DNA from: an uncultured Halobacteriales archaeon
GTDB taxonomy: Archaea > Thermoplasmatota > E2 > JACPAO01 > JAHFTW01
Assembly: GCA_964643795.1 (NCBI GenBank)
Contig: CAZXUC010000004.1
Location: 38,526 to 102,525 of the forward strand
DNA length: 64,000 nucleotides
Direction: 5' to 3'
The first letter of the stretch is position 1. Each line of letters begins with the position of its first letter. The notes beneath the pieces were generated by a model. It had not been told where the DNA came from. It worked only from the letters and a program-made list of their open reading frames with translations, and ran no database searches. Below are positions 52,994 through 61,992 of the stretch, one piece after another. A program made the translations under genes and the position numbers.

Positions 52994-54313
52994 TCACGTC
53001 GGCTCCTCCTGCGGAGCGGTTGGTCGGTCGCGGGTTGGCTTGCTCAGACGCGCCGCCCTATTTCCGGGTGGTTCCGGTTCGAGCCGCATCGGCATCCACG
53101 CGCAGCGGGCCGTGTCGGCGGCGGCCCACGCGAAGACGGCGAAGCGCGCGAGGACGGCGACGGCGACCGGCGTGAAGAGCGCGCCTTCCGTCGTCGTGGG
53201 TGAGACCGCGAAGTACGTGAACAGCGTCACGAACACGGCCACGTCGGCTGCCACGAGGGCGGCGCGCTGCAGGACCGTGCGTCCCACGAGGATGAACAGC
53301 GGAACGGCCCACAAGGTGTACTGCACGCTGAAGACCTTGTTGAAGGCAAGGAACGCGAAGACGGGGATGGCGGCGGCCCAGACGGGATCGAGGCGGTCGC
53401 GCCATGCCGCCCACGCGGAGAACGCAAGGGCCGCCAGGACTGGAATCGGACTCAGTAGACCAGTCGCGGTGTCGCTGCCGAGCCATTCCAAGAACCGGGC
53501 GTCAAACGCGCGGCCGAGGTGGCCGAGGACGTACCAGATGGACTCGAAGTTGGCGCCGCGCTCGAGCTGGAACTTGTAGCCTTGCCACAGCAGATGGGGG
53601 TCGCCCATGATGAACGGCAGGTGGACGACTAGGACGGTGACGAAGAACGCGGCGCCGAAAGCCCACGGCCGCCAGGATTTCCAGGTGTGCACGCGGGCAA
53701 TCGCCATGCCGAGTGCGGGCGCGAGGAGGGCGGGGAACAGTTTCGCGCATGCACCCAGTCCCAGGAGGACTCCAACCCACGTCGTGGCGCCCTTGCGGAA
53801 GGCCCAGATTGCGGCGACGGCGAAGGCCACGGCGAGCATGTCCCAATTGTACGTGGCGTAGAGCATTATTGCGGGTGCGGCGGCCCAGTACAGCACCTTG
53901 CGGCGGGGGAGGATGTGCGCGAGCAGCAGCGTGATGGCGATGGCGAGTGCACCCATGACGACGGCGGTGAGCGTGATGTAGGCCGCCTTCCCGTGCGTGG
54001 CTTCCGCGACGACGTGCATCATGACGCCGGTCAGGACTGGGTACTCGTTGAATTCGTCGAGGTAGGGCCACTTCCCGTCGGATGCGCCCCGGGTATCGTA
54101 GAGCGCCTGCACGTCGCTGTAGCAGTAGTGGTTGAACGGATACCCCGCGTCCCACGAGTGGTCGATGCAGGGCTGCTTGATGCTCCACGCGATGAGCAGC
54201 GTGACGAGCGTGACGCCGACGAGCGCCCACATGCGCCAGTCGCGCCACCAACGGGTGGTGCGGGTTGACCCTTGCTCGACGGCCGCCACGAAGCGGCATG
54301 GAGCGCTAGACAT
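52994..54313 (-). CDS. Polytopic membrane glycosyltransferase-like protein (DUF2029/GT87-like)
   Basis: ...CYSDVQALYDTRGASDGKWPYLDEFNEYPVLTGVMM... followed by ~10 TM helices. Start taken at MSSAPC (54313). Confidence 0.55.
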   Translation of the reverse strand: MSSAPCRFVAAVEQGSTRTTRWWRDWRMWALVGVTLVTLLIAWSIKQPCIDHSWDAGYPFNHYCYSDVQALYDTRGASDGKWPYLDEFNEYPVLTGVMMHVVAEATHGKAAYITLTAVVMGALAIAITLLLAHILPRRKVLYWAAAPAIMLYATYNWDMLAVAFAVAAIWAFRKGATTWVGVLLGLGACAKLFPALLAPALGMAIARVHTWKSWRPWAFGAAFFVTVLVVHLPFIMGDPHLLWQGYKFQLERGANFESIWYVLGHLGRAFDARFLEWLGSDTATGLLSPIPVLAALAFSAWAAWRDRLDPVWAAAIPVFAFLAFNKVFSVQYTLWAVPLFILVGRTVLQRAALVAADVAVFVTLFTYFAVSPTTTEGALFTPVAVAVLARFAVFAWAAADTARCAWMPMRLEPEPPGNRAARLSKPTRDRPTAPQEEPT

Positions 54314-54384
54314 AAGAGCAGGGAGTGCGCGCGGCGGGCTCCGGCGGCGAAAGTCCTTCAACTCCAAGCACCCAATCAGGGGCA

Positions 54385-55098
54385 ATGGTTGACCCAATCG
54401 TCCGCGACGCGTACCGGGGCAAGCCGCCTTGGGACATCGGACGGGCGCAACCGGCCTTCGTGGAACTGGCAAATGCCGGCCTCGTCACCGGATCCGTCTT
54501 GGACGTGGGGTGCGGCACCGGGGAAAACGCGCTCGAGATGGCCGAACGCGGGCATGAGGCATGGGGCATCGACATCGTGGAGCGCGCCATCGACCAGGCC
54601 CGCGCCAAAGCCAAGCTACGCAGCCTCGCCGTGCACTTCGAAGTGCAGGACGCCCTCGACCTTGCCGGCATGGGGCATACGTGGGACACCATTATCGACT
54701 GCGGCCTCTTCCATACGTTCTCCGACCCCGAGCGGGAACTCTACGAACGGCAACTTCGCGCCGTGCTTCGACCTGGAGGAATGCTGCACATCCTCGCCAT
54801 GAGCGACCAAGAGGACCGTTCATGGGGTGGACCGCGACGCATCACGCAACAGGAAATCCTCGAGACCTTCTCCGACGGTTGGCGCGTCGACGACATCCAA
54901 GAGGCCCGCTTCGTCGTCCTGCCACAATTCCGTATCAAGGGCCATGCCTGGCTCTCCACCATCGTGCGCGAGGACAGCACCCCGGCGAAGAAGAAGCGCG
55001 CCGCCCGCGCCAACCCGCCCCGCAAGAAGTCGAAGGAAGTACCAAAGCCCTTGCCGATGGTCACGGCCGGCGGCGCCACGGTCGAAGTCACACGGTGA
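54385..55098 (+). CDS. Class I SAM-dependent methyltransferase with basic C-terminal tail
   Basis: VLDVGCGTGENALEMAERGHEAWGIDI (motif I); tail PAKKKRAARANPPRKKSKEVPK. Confidence 0.75.
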   Translation: MVDPIVRDAYRGKPPWDIGRAQPAFVELANAGLVTGSVLDVGCGTGENALEMAERGHEAWGIDIVERAIDQARAKAKLRSLAVHFEVQDALDLAGMGHTWDTIIDCGLFHTFSDPERELYERQLRAVLRPGGMLHILAMSDQEDRSWGGPRRITQQEILETFSDGWRVDDIQEARFVVLPQFRIKGHAWLSTIVREDSTPAKKKRAARANPPRKKSKEVPKPLPMVTAGGATVEVTR

Positions 55099-55211
55099 GG
55101 CTCGGTCGGGTTTGGCGCGGACGGCGCCGCGTCGCTTGACCCCGTCGCCCCTCCTGATGGCCGTCGGGCGGCCGGCCGTCGGCCTCATAAGGGTGCAAAG
55201 GTGATGCCTGG

Positions 55212-55445
55212 ATGGTCTGGTCCGTCCTGGGAGGGGCGGGTCGGCCCTTTGGAGGAATCGACGTGCCCATCCGAGCTTGCCCTGATTGTGGTTCTGACCG
55301 CCTGACGCCCCCGAAGGGCGCGACTTCGTACGAATGCGTCGATTGCGCATGGCGTGGAGCGCCCAACGAGTTTGCGTCGTGGTCAAAGTGGCAGGAGTTC
55401 CGCTCCGCCGTGAAGGCGCCTGTCTCGCGCCAGTTGCTCGCTTAA
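55212..55445 (+). CDS. Small zinc-ribbon protein (paralogue 1)
   Basis: ...IRACPDCGSDRL...YECVDCAW.... It shares the 13-nt string atccgagcttgcc with the next gene. GTG 55263 is an alternative start. Confidence 0.4.
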   Translation: MVWSVLGGAGRPFGGIDVPIRACPDCGSDRLTPPKGATSYECVDCAWRGAPNEFASWSKWQEFRSAVKAPVSRQLLA

Positions 55446-55702
55446 TGAAGGGCGACATCCGAGCTTGCCAACGTTGCGGTGGCGACGACCTCGGCATGCC
55501 CGGCATCCGCGACGGCGCCGTCGTCGGCTACGGGCAGGAACTGGCGAGCTTCACTTGCCGCCGCTGCGAACTGACCGCGGTGCCGTTCATCTTCGACGAC
55601 GAGGCCGCGCGGCTGGCGTTCGAGGCCGAGCAGGCCAAGCACCCGTCGAAGGATTGGCCGGCCTCGGGCTGGCCATCCATCAAGCCGTTCAACAAGCCGT
55701 GA
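55445..55702 (+). CDS. Small zinc-ribbon protein (paralogue 2)
   Basis: MKGDIRACQRCGGDDL...FTCRRCEL.... ATG overlaps the previous TAA (TAATG). Confidence 0.45.
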   Translation: MKGDIRACQRCGGDDLGMPGIRDGAVVGYGQELASFTCRRCELTAVPFIFDDEAARLAFEAEQAKHPSKDWPASGWPSIKPFNKP

Positions 55703-55712
55703 CGGCCTCGCC

Positions 55713-57167
55713 GTGGTTTTATCGTCCCCGGCCTTGGAACGCGTCGTGGGCGTGGCCGCGGACGAGGTGCCTGGACCGGCAGGTTGGCCCCCCGCGGCGC
55801 CAGCGATCCTCTTGGCTGGCGCCGCGTTCTCGCTGGCCATCTTCTTCAACTTCGGTTACCAGGCGGGAGGCAGCTTCGCCTTCGCGGGCCTGGGGGTCGC
55901 GGCCTTGGTCGCCGGCGTCATCGTGCAGCAGCGTTCGCCGCTCCAGCACGGGCCCTTGGCCGGAGCCCTCCTGGCCTGGTTTGCCGTGGTGACGGCCCTT
56001 GCCGCCTCGGACGAGCCGTGGAGCATGTTCGTCCACTTCGCCCCGCACGCCTGGCAGCCGGCCTGGGCCCGCGTGCTGTTCATCGTCGCCTTGGGCCTCG
56101 TCGCCGCCGGAACCGTGCGCGACCCACGATGGGCCTCCGTCGTCCGCCTTGCCATCCTCGGCGTCGCGTTCCTGCTTGCGGCCACCTGGACCATCGACCA
56201 AAGCCCCACCCCTGGCATCGACGTCTGGCACATGCACACCGAGGCGGCCCAGCGCCTCCTGCACGGGCACAACCCGTACAGCCTGGCCTTCGCCAACCCC
56301 TACGGGCCCGGCGTCATCGACTTCTATGCCTACCCGCCCGTGACGCTCCTCGTCCAGACGGCATCCTACGTGGTCCTGGGCGACGTGCGTTACGCCTCCG
56401 TGGGCGGCATCCTCGTCGCGGCCGGATGCGCCCGCCTTCTCGCGCGCCAGGCCGGCCTGCCCCGCTTCGCCGCGGACGCGGCGGCCGCGATCCTGCTGCT
56501 CCAGGGCCGTCCGTTCTACATGGTCGAGCAAGGGTGGACCGAACCCGTCGTCGCCGGGCTCGCGGGCCTTGCCGCCTTGGCGTGGGCCCGCCGGTCGCAG
56601 ACAGGTCCCGTCGCCGTGGCCCTTGCGCTGGCCTCCAAGCAGTTCCTCTGGGTGTACCTCCCGGCGCTTGCCTTCGCCCGTCTCACGGGCCGCGAACTGG
56701 CCCGCGCGACGCTCGTGCTCGCCGCGGTGTTCCTGCCCTTCTTCCTGTGGGGACCGGCCGCTTTCTGGCGCGGTGTGGTCATCAGCCACTTCGACGGCAG
56801 CGCCGTGAACATCGCCTATCCCGACGTGCAGCCCGGCGACCCGTGGCCCAACTCGGACACCGTCGCCGTCAACCTGCTGCAGTACCACGTCGACTGGCAG
56901 TGGCCGCTCTGGGTCGGCATCGCGCTGTGGTTGGCCACCGCCGCCGCCTTCGTCGGGGCGCGCCAGCGCGACGTCGGCACCCTCTTCGTCACGGCGGCGG
57001 CCGGTGTGGCCTGCGCCGGGTACTTCGGGTCCGCCTTCCACCCCAACTACATCTGGCTCGTGCCCGTCTTGGGCCTCTTGGGCGTCCTGGCCCATCGCGC
57101 CCGGCAGGACGCGCCGGCGCCGACGGCCGGCCCTGAGACGTTCGCCATCGAGCCGCCGGTCGCCTGA
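55713..57167 (+). CDS. Polytopic membrane protein, GT-C/DUF2029-like glycosyltransferase candidate
   Basis: ~12 hydrophobic helices, with ...HGHNPYSLAFANPYGPGVIDFYAYPPVTLL.... The 558-aa antisense ORF 55719-57395 is Arg/Gly-rich shadow. Confidence 0.5.
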   Translation: MVLSSPALERVVGVAADEVPGPAGWPPAAPAILLAGAAFSLAIFFNFGYQAGGSFAFAGLGVAALVAGVIVQQRSPLQHGPLAGALLAWFAVVTALAASDEPWSMFVHFAPHAWQPAWARVLFIVALGLVAAGTVRDPRWASVVRLAILGVAFLLAATWTIDQSPTPGIDVWHMHTEAAQRLLHGHNPYSLAFANPYGPGVIDFYAYPPVTLLVQTASYVVLGDVRYASVGGILVAAGCARLLARQAGLPRFAADAAAAILLLQGRPFYMVEQGWTEPVVAGLAGLAALAWARRSQTGPVAVALALASKQFLWVYLPALAFARLTGRELARATLVLAAVFLPFFLWGPAAFWRGVVISHFDGSAVNIAYPDVQPGDPWPNSDTVAVNLLQYHVDWQWPLWVGIALWLATAAAFVGARQRDVGTLFVTAAAGVACAGYFGSAFHPNYIWLVPVLGLLGVLAHRARQDAPAPTAGPETFAIEPPVA

Positions 57168-57193
57168 CGCCCGCCCCGCAAGCCGGAACCGGC

Positions 57194-57469
57194 CTATTTC
57201 GCGACCGGCAGCGACGCCGTCTTGCCCGACTTCCCCGTGATCTTGTGCCACACGATGGCGACTGGGTCGAAGCGGTCGGACACGATGCGCTCCTTGAGCG
57301 GGATGATGGCGTTGTCCGTGATGGTGATGTGCTCCGGGCAGACCTCGGTGCAGCACTTCGTGATGTTGCACAGCCCGATGCCGCCCTCGCGCCACGTGTC
57401 ATCGAGGCGGTCGGCCCCGTCCTTTGGGTGCATCTCGAGGCTTGCGATGCGGACCATGAAACGCGGGCC
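57194..57469 (-). pseudogene. Orphan 3' fragment (91 codons) of a second sdhB copy
   Basis: GPRFMVRIASLEMHPKDGADRLDDTWREGGIGLCNITKCCTEVCPEHITITDNAIIPLKERI... parallels SdhB 59061-59336 residue for residue, with high nt identity by eye. Upstream of it the frame is only shadow of the plus-strand gene. Confidence 0.7.
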
Positions 57470-58979
57470 CGAAACTATTAGAGGGCGGCTGAAGCCTCTT
57501 CGATTCGTGCGCGGCCCGGGGAAAGCGGCGGGGATTTTGCTGGCCGCCGTGGCTATTTCGGGATGCTTTGCAGGTGGCCCCGGTGATAACCGTGAGGGCA
57601 ATGCGGTGGCGGCCGCCTGGCAGCTCGACTGCTCGGTCGGCGCGAGTGGTTTCCAACCCTGGCTGCAACCTTGCGTCGCGCGCGTCTCGACGACGGCCGG
57701 TTCCAAGACCGAGCAGTGGGTGGCCATCAACCCGCTTGATCCATTGAACGTCGTAGTGGGCTCCAAAGACCTCAATCCAGAATCGAGCCCGGGATGCGTT
57801 TGGAACGGCGTGTCCGTCACGAAGGACGGCGGCAAGTCGTGGACGGAAACGGTCATCGGAGGCAGATACGTCGATCGGGAGCCGACGTCCATCTACTACG
57901 GCTATCAGTGCAATACCGATCCGCGCTTCGAATTCGGTTTCGACGGACTCCTCCACTACAGCGTGGAGATATACACGCTGAACCGCGATGTGTATGACTT
58001 GTCGACGCAAGAAGGACTTCCGAAGGCCTTTAGTCGAATCGTCTTGGCCACAAGCAGCGATGGTGGCCTGACCTGGCCTCAGGCCATCGTGTGGAGCGCT
58101 GCAGGATTCGATGATTATGGACGAATGGCCGTGTCTCCGTTGACCGGCTCGATCTTCGAAGCCGTCGGGGACATCGGCACCGGGATGACGTGCCATATCC
58201 TATCGTCGCGTGACCACGGCCAGACCGCGGCTCCTCCCCTCAAGATCACGCCGACATCGACACCAGCGGATTCACGGTGCCGCGATATCCAAGTCTCACC
58301 CGAGGGCGTGCTCGTTGTGGTGTTCCAGGGGCCGCAGTTGATTTTTGGCTTGCTCGACGAAAGCAGCATCGAGGTCGTCCCCTACAGGATCTTCATGCGC
58401 AGTGACGACGACGGCCTCACGTTCCGTGAAGTCGGCGGGTTCAACGCAGCAGCCACCACGCCCAACCCCTCCGAGAACGACATTGACGAGCCATGCATCG
58501 ACGACATGGTGTATGACCATTCAGATGGGCCCCACCGCGGTAGGCTCTACTTGATTGACTGCTGGTCCGCCACAGGCGATTCCGACGTGTATCTCAGATG
58601 GAGCGACGATGATGGCTCGACTTGGACCGAGCCTGTGCTCGTTCACAGTCCGTCCGAGCATGACCAGTTCCTCGCGAACGTGGCGGTCGCCGGCGACGGA
58701 TCCGTCCACGTGTTCTACATGGACAAGCGTTGGGACGAAGAGAACCGGCTCACAGGCGTGACCCACGCTTGGAGCCTTGATGGGGGCGCCGCTTGGGTGG
58801 AGGAGCAAGTGACGGGCCTCCTCTCCGACCCCGACTTGGGCCGGCACCAAGATGGGTACGCCTTCTGGGGCGACTACATGGGGGTCGCTGCGTGGGGCGA
58901 CCACGTCTGGGCCGCCTTTCCGGACACGAGCCTGGGAAGTGAATCGGTCTCGGCCGTCGCGCACGCGTCGTTGCGGTAG
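57456..58979 (+). CDS. Secreted BNR/Asp-box repeat (sialidase-like beta-propeller) lipoprotein
   Basis: Signal/lipobox-like ...GILLAAVAISGCFAG. Asp-boxes: SVTKDGGKSWTE, SSDGGLTWPQ, RSDDDGLTF, WSDDDGSTWTEP and WSLDGGAAWVEE. Confidence 0.65.
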   Translation: MKRGPETIRGRLKPLRFVRGPGKAAGILLAAVAISGCFAGGPGDNREGNAVAAAWQLDCSVGASGFQPWLQPCVARVSTTAGSKTEQWVAINPLDPLNVVVGSKDLNPESSPGCVWNGVSVTKDGGKSWTETVIGGRYVDREPTSIYYGYQCNTDPRFEFGFDGLLHYSVEIYTLNRDVYDLSTQEGLPKAFSRIVLATSSDGGLTWPQAIVWSAAGFDDYGRMAVSPLTGSIFEAVGDIGTGMTCHILSSRDHGQTAAPPLKITPTSTPADSRCRDIQVSPEGVLVVVFQGPQLIFGLLDESSIEVVPYRIFMRSDDDGLTFREVGGFNAAATTPNPSENDIDEPCIDDMVYDHSDGPHRGRLYLIDCWSATGDSDVYLRWSDDDGSTWTEPVLVHSPSEHDQFLANVAVAGDGSVHVFYMDKRWDEENRLTGVTHAWSLDGGAAWVEEQVTGLLSDPDLGRHQDGYAFWGDYMGVAAWGDHVWAAFPDTSLGSESVSAVAHASLR

Positions 58980-59060
58980 CCATCTGCTTGACCACGCCCC
59001 CGCCGTCGGCGGACTGCGGTAAGCCATGTGGCGGCGGATAAGAAAACGTAGCTCGTCTTC

Positions 59061-59933
59061 CTACTTCGCCATCGGCAGTTTCGCGACCTTGCCGCTCTTG
59101 CCGGTGACCTTCTTCCAAATCATGCCGATTGGGTCGAACCTCTCGCCCGCGATGCGCTCCTTGAGCGGGATGATGGCATTGTCCGTGATGGTGATGTGCT
59201 CGGGGCAAACCTCGGTGCAGCATTTCGTGATGTTGCACATGCCGATGCCACCCTCGTCCCATGTGGCGTCAAGTCGGTCGGCCGCATCGACGGGGTGCAT
59301 TTCGAGGCTGGCGATGCGCACCATGAAGCGTGGCCCCTGGAACTCGTCGTGCGCCTTGTGGGTCCGCAGCACGTGGCAGACGTCCTGGCAAAGGAAGCAC
59401 TCGATGCACTTGCGGAACTCTTGCGAGCGGTCCACGTCGCGCTGCTGCATCTTGAACTCGCCCTTCGCGAGTTCCTCCTTCGTCATGGGCCGAGGCGTAA
59501 ACGGTTGGATACGCTTGTTCTGCGCGTAGTTCCACTTGACATCGGTGACGAGGTCCTTCACGATGGGGAACGCCTTCATTGGCGCAACCTGAATCGTGGA
59601 GCCCTCAGGGTAGTCGCTGATGCGCGTCATGCACATGAGGCGAGGGACGCCATTCACTTCGGCACTGCAGGAGCCGCACTTACCGGCTTTGCAATTCCAG
59701 CGACACGCAAGGTCAGGAGCTTGGCCCGCTTGCACCCGGTGCACGGCGTCGAGGACGACCATGCCCGTGTCCATCGGAACCTCGTAATCCACGTATGACC
59801 CGCCGCTCGCGTCGCCGCGGAATAGTTTGAGGTGGACGTTCCTCCCAGTGACGGCAGACTCGACCTGCTTCGCCTTCGATTCGCCGAGGATGCCCTGGAT
59901 GCCGGCGTCCGTGGACGTCTTTGGGTCGGCCAC
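59061..59933 (-). CDS. sdhB: Succinate dehydrogenase/fumarate reductase iron-sulfur subunit
   Basis: CRWNCKAGKCGSCS (2Fe-2S), CIECFLCQDVC and CNITKCCTEVCP (4Fe-4S/3Fe-4S). Confidence 0.85.
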   Translation of the reverse strand: MADPKTSTDAGIQGILGESKAKQVESAVTGRNVHLKLFRGDASGGSYVDYEVPMDTGMVVLDAVHRVQAGQAPDLACRWNCKAGKCGSCSAEVNGVPRLMCMTRISDYPEGSTIQVAPMKAFPIVKDLVTDVKWNYAQNKRIQPFTPRPMTKEELAKGEFKMQQRDVDRSQEFRKCIECFLCQDVCHVLRTHKAHDEFQGPRFMVRIASLEMHPVDAADRLDATWDEGGIGMCNITKCCTEVCPEHITITDNAIIPLKERIAGERFDPIGMIWKKVTGKSGKVAKLPMAK

Positions 59934-59958
59934 CTACGCCACCTCCCACGACGCACCG

Positions 59959-60017
59959 AACCACGAATTACACGAAAACGCAACGCGCGTTTCGTGGGGT
60001 TCGTGAAATTCGTGGTT
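59959..60017. repeat. 59-bp 'tandem-word' palindrome (CACGAA / TTCGTG words) in the sdhA-sdhB spacer
   Basis: AACCACGAATTaCACGAAAACGCaacgcGCGTTTCGTGgggTTCGTGaAATTCGTGGTT. Confidence 0.85.
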
Positions 60018-60040
60018 AGGCAGGCGGGGCGTGACGGACA

Positions 60041-61876
60041 TCACGCGCCTCCCTTGTTGTGGATGGCTTCGACGTCGCCTTCGATCATGGTCTTCACGTC
60101 AGCAGGCCACGGGTTGAGCGGGGCGGTCTCGACCACCATGCGGCCATCGGGTCCCTTGTGCGCGATGATGTTGACCTGCGACCAGTTGCCCTTGTCCGTC
60201 TCGGGGTGGTCGCCGCGCGTGTGGCCGCCGCGCGACTCTTGGCGCAGTTTCGCCATGCGGGCGATGGCCTCCGAGGAGACGAGCATATTGTACAAGTCGA
60301 GAGCAAGGTGCCACCCGGGGTTGAATTGCTTGTGGCCGGGGGCCTTGACGTGGACGTACCGAGCGGTGAGGGCTGCAACGTCTTGGATGGCCTTTCCGAG
60401 GTCCGCCTCGTAGCGGATCATGCCCGCGTTCGCATCCATCGTCGCCTGAAGGGCTTCGTGTAGGACCGCCGGCGGCTCGCCGGTCTCGCGGTCGAGCGGC
60501 GCCATGGCGTCGCGGATTGCCGCGGACACGGCGTCGGGCGACAACGTCGCGGGCGTCGATTGTGCCTTTGCGAACTTGGCGGCGAACTCCCCGGCGCGCT
60601 TGCCGAAGACGAGGAGGTCGGAGAGGGAGTTGCCGCCGAGGCGGTTTGCGCCATGCAGGCCCGCAGCCGTCTCGCCAGCCGCGAACAGGCCGGCGACTTT
60701 CGTCATCTGCGTCTCCGCATCGACGCGCACACCGCCCATCGTGTAATGCATGGTGGGACCGACTTCCATCGGTTCCGCCGTGATGTCGACACCGGCGAGT
60801 TCCTTGAATTGGTGATACATCGACGGCAGTTTCGCCTTGACGTAGGCTGCATCACGCCAGGAGATGTCGAGGCTGACGCCGCCGTGGGCGGTGCCGCGTC
60901 CGGCGCGAATCTCCGACATGATGGCGCGCGCCACGACGTCCCGCGTGAGGAGCTCGGGGGGTCGGCGAGCGGATTTGTCCCCGTCGAGCCAACGCTTGGC
61001 TTCTTCCTCCGTCGTGGCAAAATCGCCCTTGAACATATCGGGGACGTAACGGTACATGAAGCGCTCGCCCTCAGAGTTGCGCAGGATGCCACCTTCGCCC
61101 CGAACGCCTTCCGTGACGAGGATGCCGCGCACGCTGGGAGGCCACACCATGCCGGTGGGATGGAATTGCACGAACTCCATGTCCATGAGTTCCGCGCCAG
61201 CGTCGTAGGCGAGACCGTAGCCGTCGCCCGTGTACTCCCACGAGTTGGAAGTGACCATGAACGCCTTGCCGACTCCGCCGCAGGCGAGGACGATGGCTTT
61301 GGCGCCGAAGAGGTGCAGGACGCCGGTCTCGCGTTCGTAAGCGAGGCACCCAGCGACCTTGTCCCCATCCTTGAGAATCCGCGTGACGGTGTGCTCCATG
61401 TACACGTCGATGCCAGAGTGGACGCCCTTGTCCTGGAGCGTGCGAATGATTTCGAGGCCCGTGCGGTCGCCGACGTGGGCGAGGCGCGGGTACTGGTGGC
61501 CGCCGAAGTTACGTTGATTGATCCAACCATCTTTCGTGCGGTCGAAGACGGCGCCCCACATCTCAAGCTCCCGCACCCGGTCGGGGGACTCCTGGGCGTG
61601 AATCTGGGCCATCCTCCAGTTGTTGAGGTACTTGCCGCCGCGCATGGTGTCGCGGAAATGCACCTTCCAATTGTCGCGCGCATCGGCATTCGATAGGGCT
61701 GCCGCGACGCCGCCTTCGGCCATGACGGTGTGGGCCTTGCCGAGGAGTGATTTGCAGATGAGGGCCGTCTTCGCTCCGGCGGCTGATGCTTCAACGGCGG
61801 CTCGCAGGCCTGCTCCGCCGGCTCCGACGATGACGACGTCGTACCAGTGGCGCTTCGGTTCGGGGGGGCCTGCCAT
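60041..61876 (-). CDS. sdhA: Succinate dehydrogenase/fumarate reductase flavoprotein subunit
   Basis: YDVVIVGAGGAGLRAAVE (FAD), ...HTVMAEGG..., ...HPTG..., HYTMGGV, ...RGGHTRGD. Confidence 0.9.
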   Translation of the reverse strand: MAGPPEPKRHWYDVVIVGAGGAGLRAAVEASAAGAKTALICKSLLGKAHTVMAEGGVAAALSNADARDNWKVHFRDTMRGGKYLNNWRMAQIHAQESPDRVRELEMWGAVFDRTKDGWINQRNFGGHQYPRLAHVGDRTGLEIIRTLQDKGVHSGIDVYMEHTVTRILKDGDKVAGCLAYERETGVLHLFGAKAIVLACGGVGKAFMVTSNSWEYTGDGYGLAYDAGAELMDMEFVQFHPTGMVWPPSVRGILVTEGVRGEGGILRNSEGERFMYRYVPDMFKGDFATTEEEAKRWLDGDKSARRPPELLTRDVVARAIMSEIRAGRGTAHGGVSLDISWRDAAYVKAKLPSMYHQFKELAGVDITAEPMEVGPTMHYTMGGVRVDAETQMTKVAGLFAAGETAAGLHGANRLGGNSLSDLLVFGKRAGEFAAKFAKAQSTPATLSPDAVSAAIRDAMAPLDRETGEPPAVLHEALQATMDANAGMIRYEADLGKAIQDVAALTARYVHVKAPGHKQFNPGWHLALDLYNMLVSSEAIARMAKLRQESRGGHTRGDHPETDKGNWSQVNIIAHKGPDGRMVVETAPLNPWPADVKTMIEGDVEAIHNKGGA

Positions 61877-61907
61877 CTAGGCTGCCCCCTTGCCCAACCA
61901 CGCGCCC

Positions 61908-61975
61908 AACCACGAATTCCACGAAGACCACGAAAACGCAAAGTGCGTTTCGTGCGGTTCGTGCAATTCGTGGTT
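61908..61975. repeat. 68-bp 'tandem-word' palindrome (3 x CACGAA / 3 x TTCGTG) in the sdhC-sdhA spacer
   Basis: AACCACGAATTcCACGAAgacCACGAAAACGCaaagtGCGTTTCGTGcggTTCGTGcAATTCGTGGTT. Direct-orientation relative of 59959-60017. Confidence 0.85.
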
Positions 61976-61992
61976 TCGTCCAGTGGGCGGCC

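Noticed and set aside
55719-57395. Very long antisense ORFs (558 aa here; also 46935-48083, 60560-61696, 60703-61941, 61877-62749, 52536-53579, 10279-11067, 16492-17388).
   Set aside because: They lie opposite or out of frame to genes with clear motifs and are Arg/Gly/Pro/Ala-rich with no recognisable domains. This is typical shadow-ORF behaviour of GC-rich DNA.
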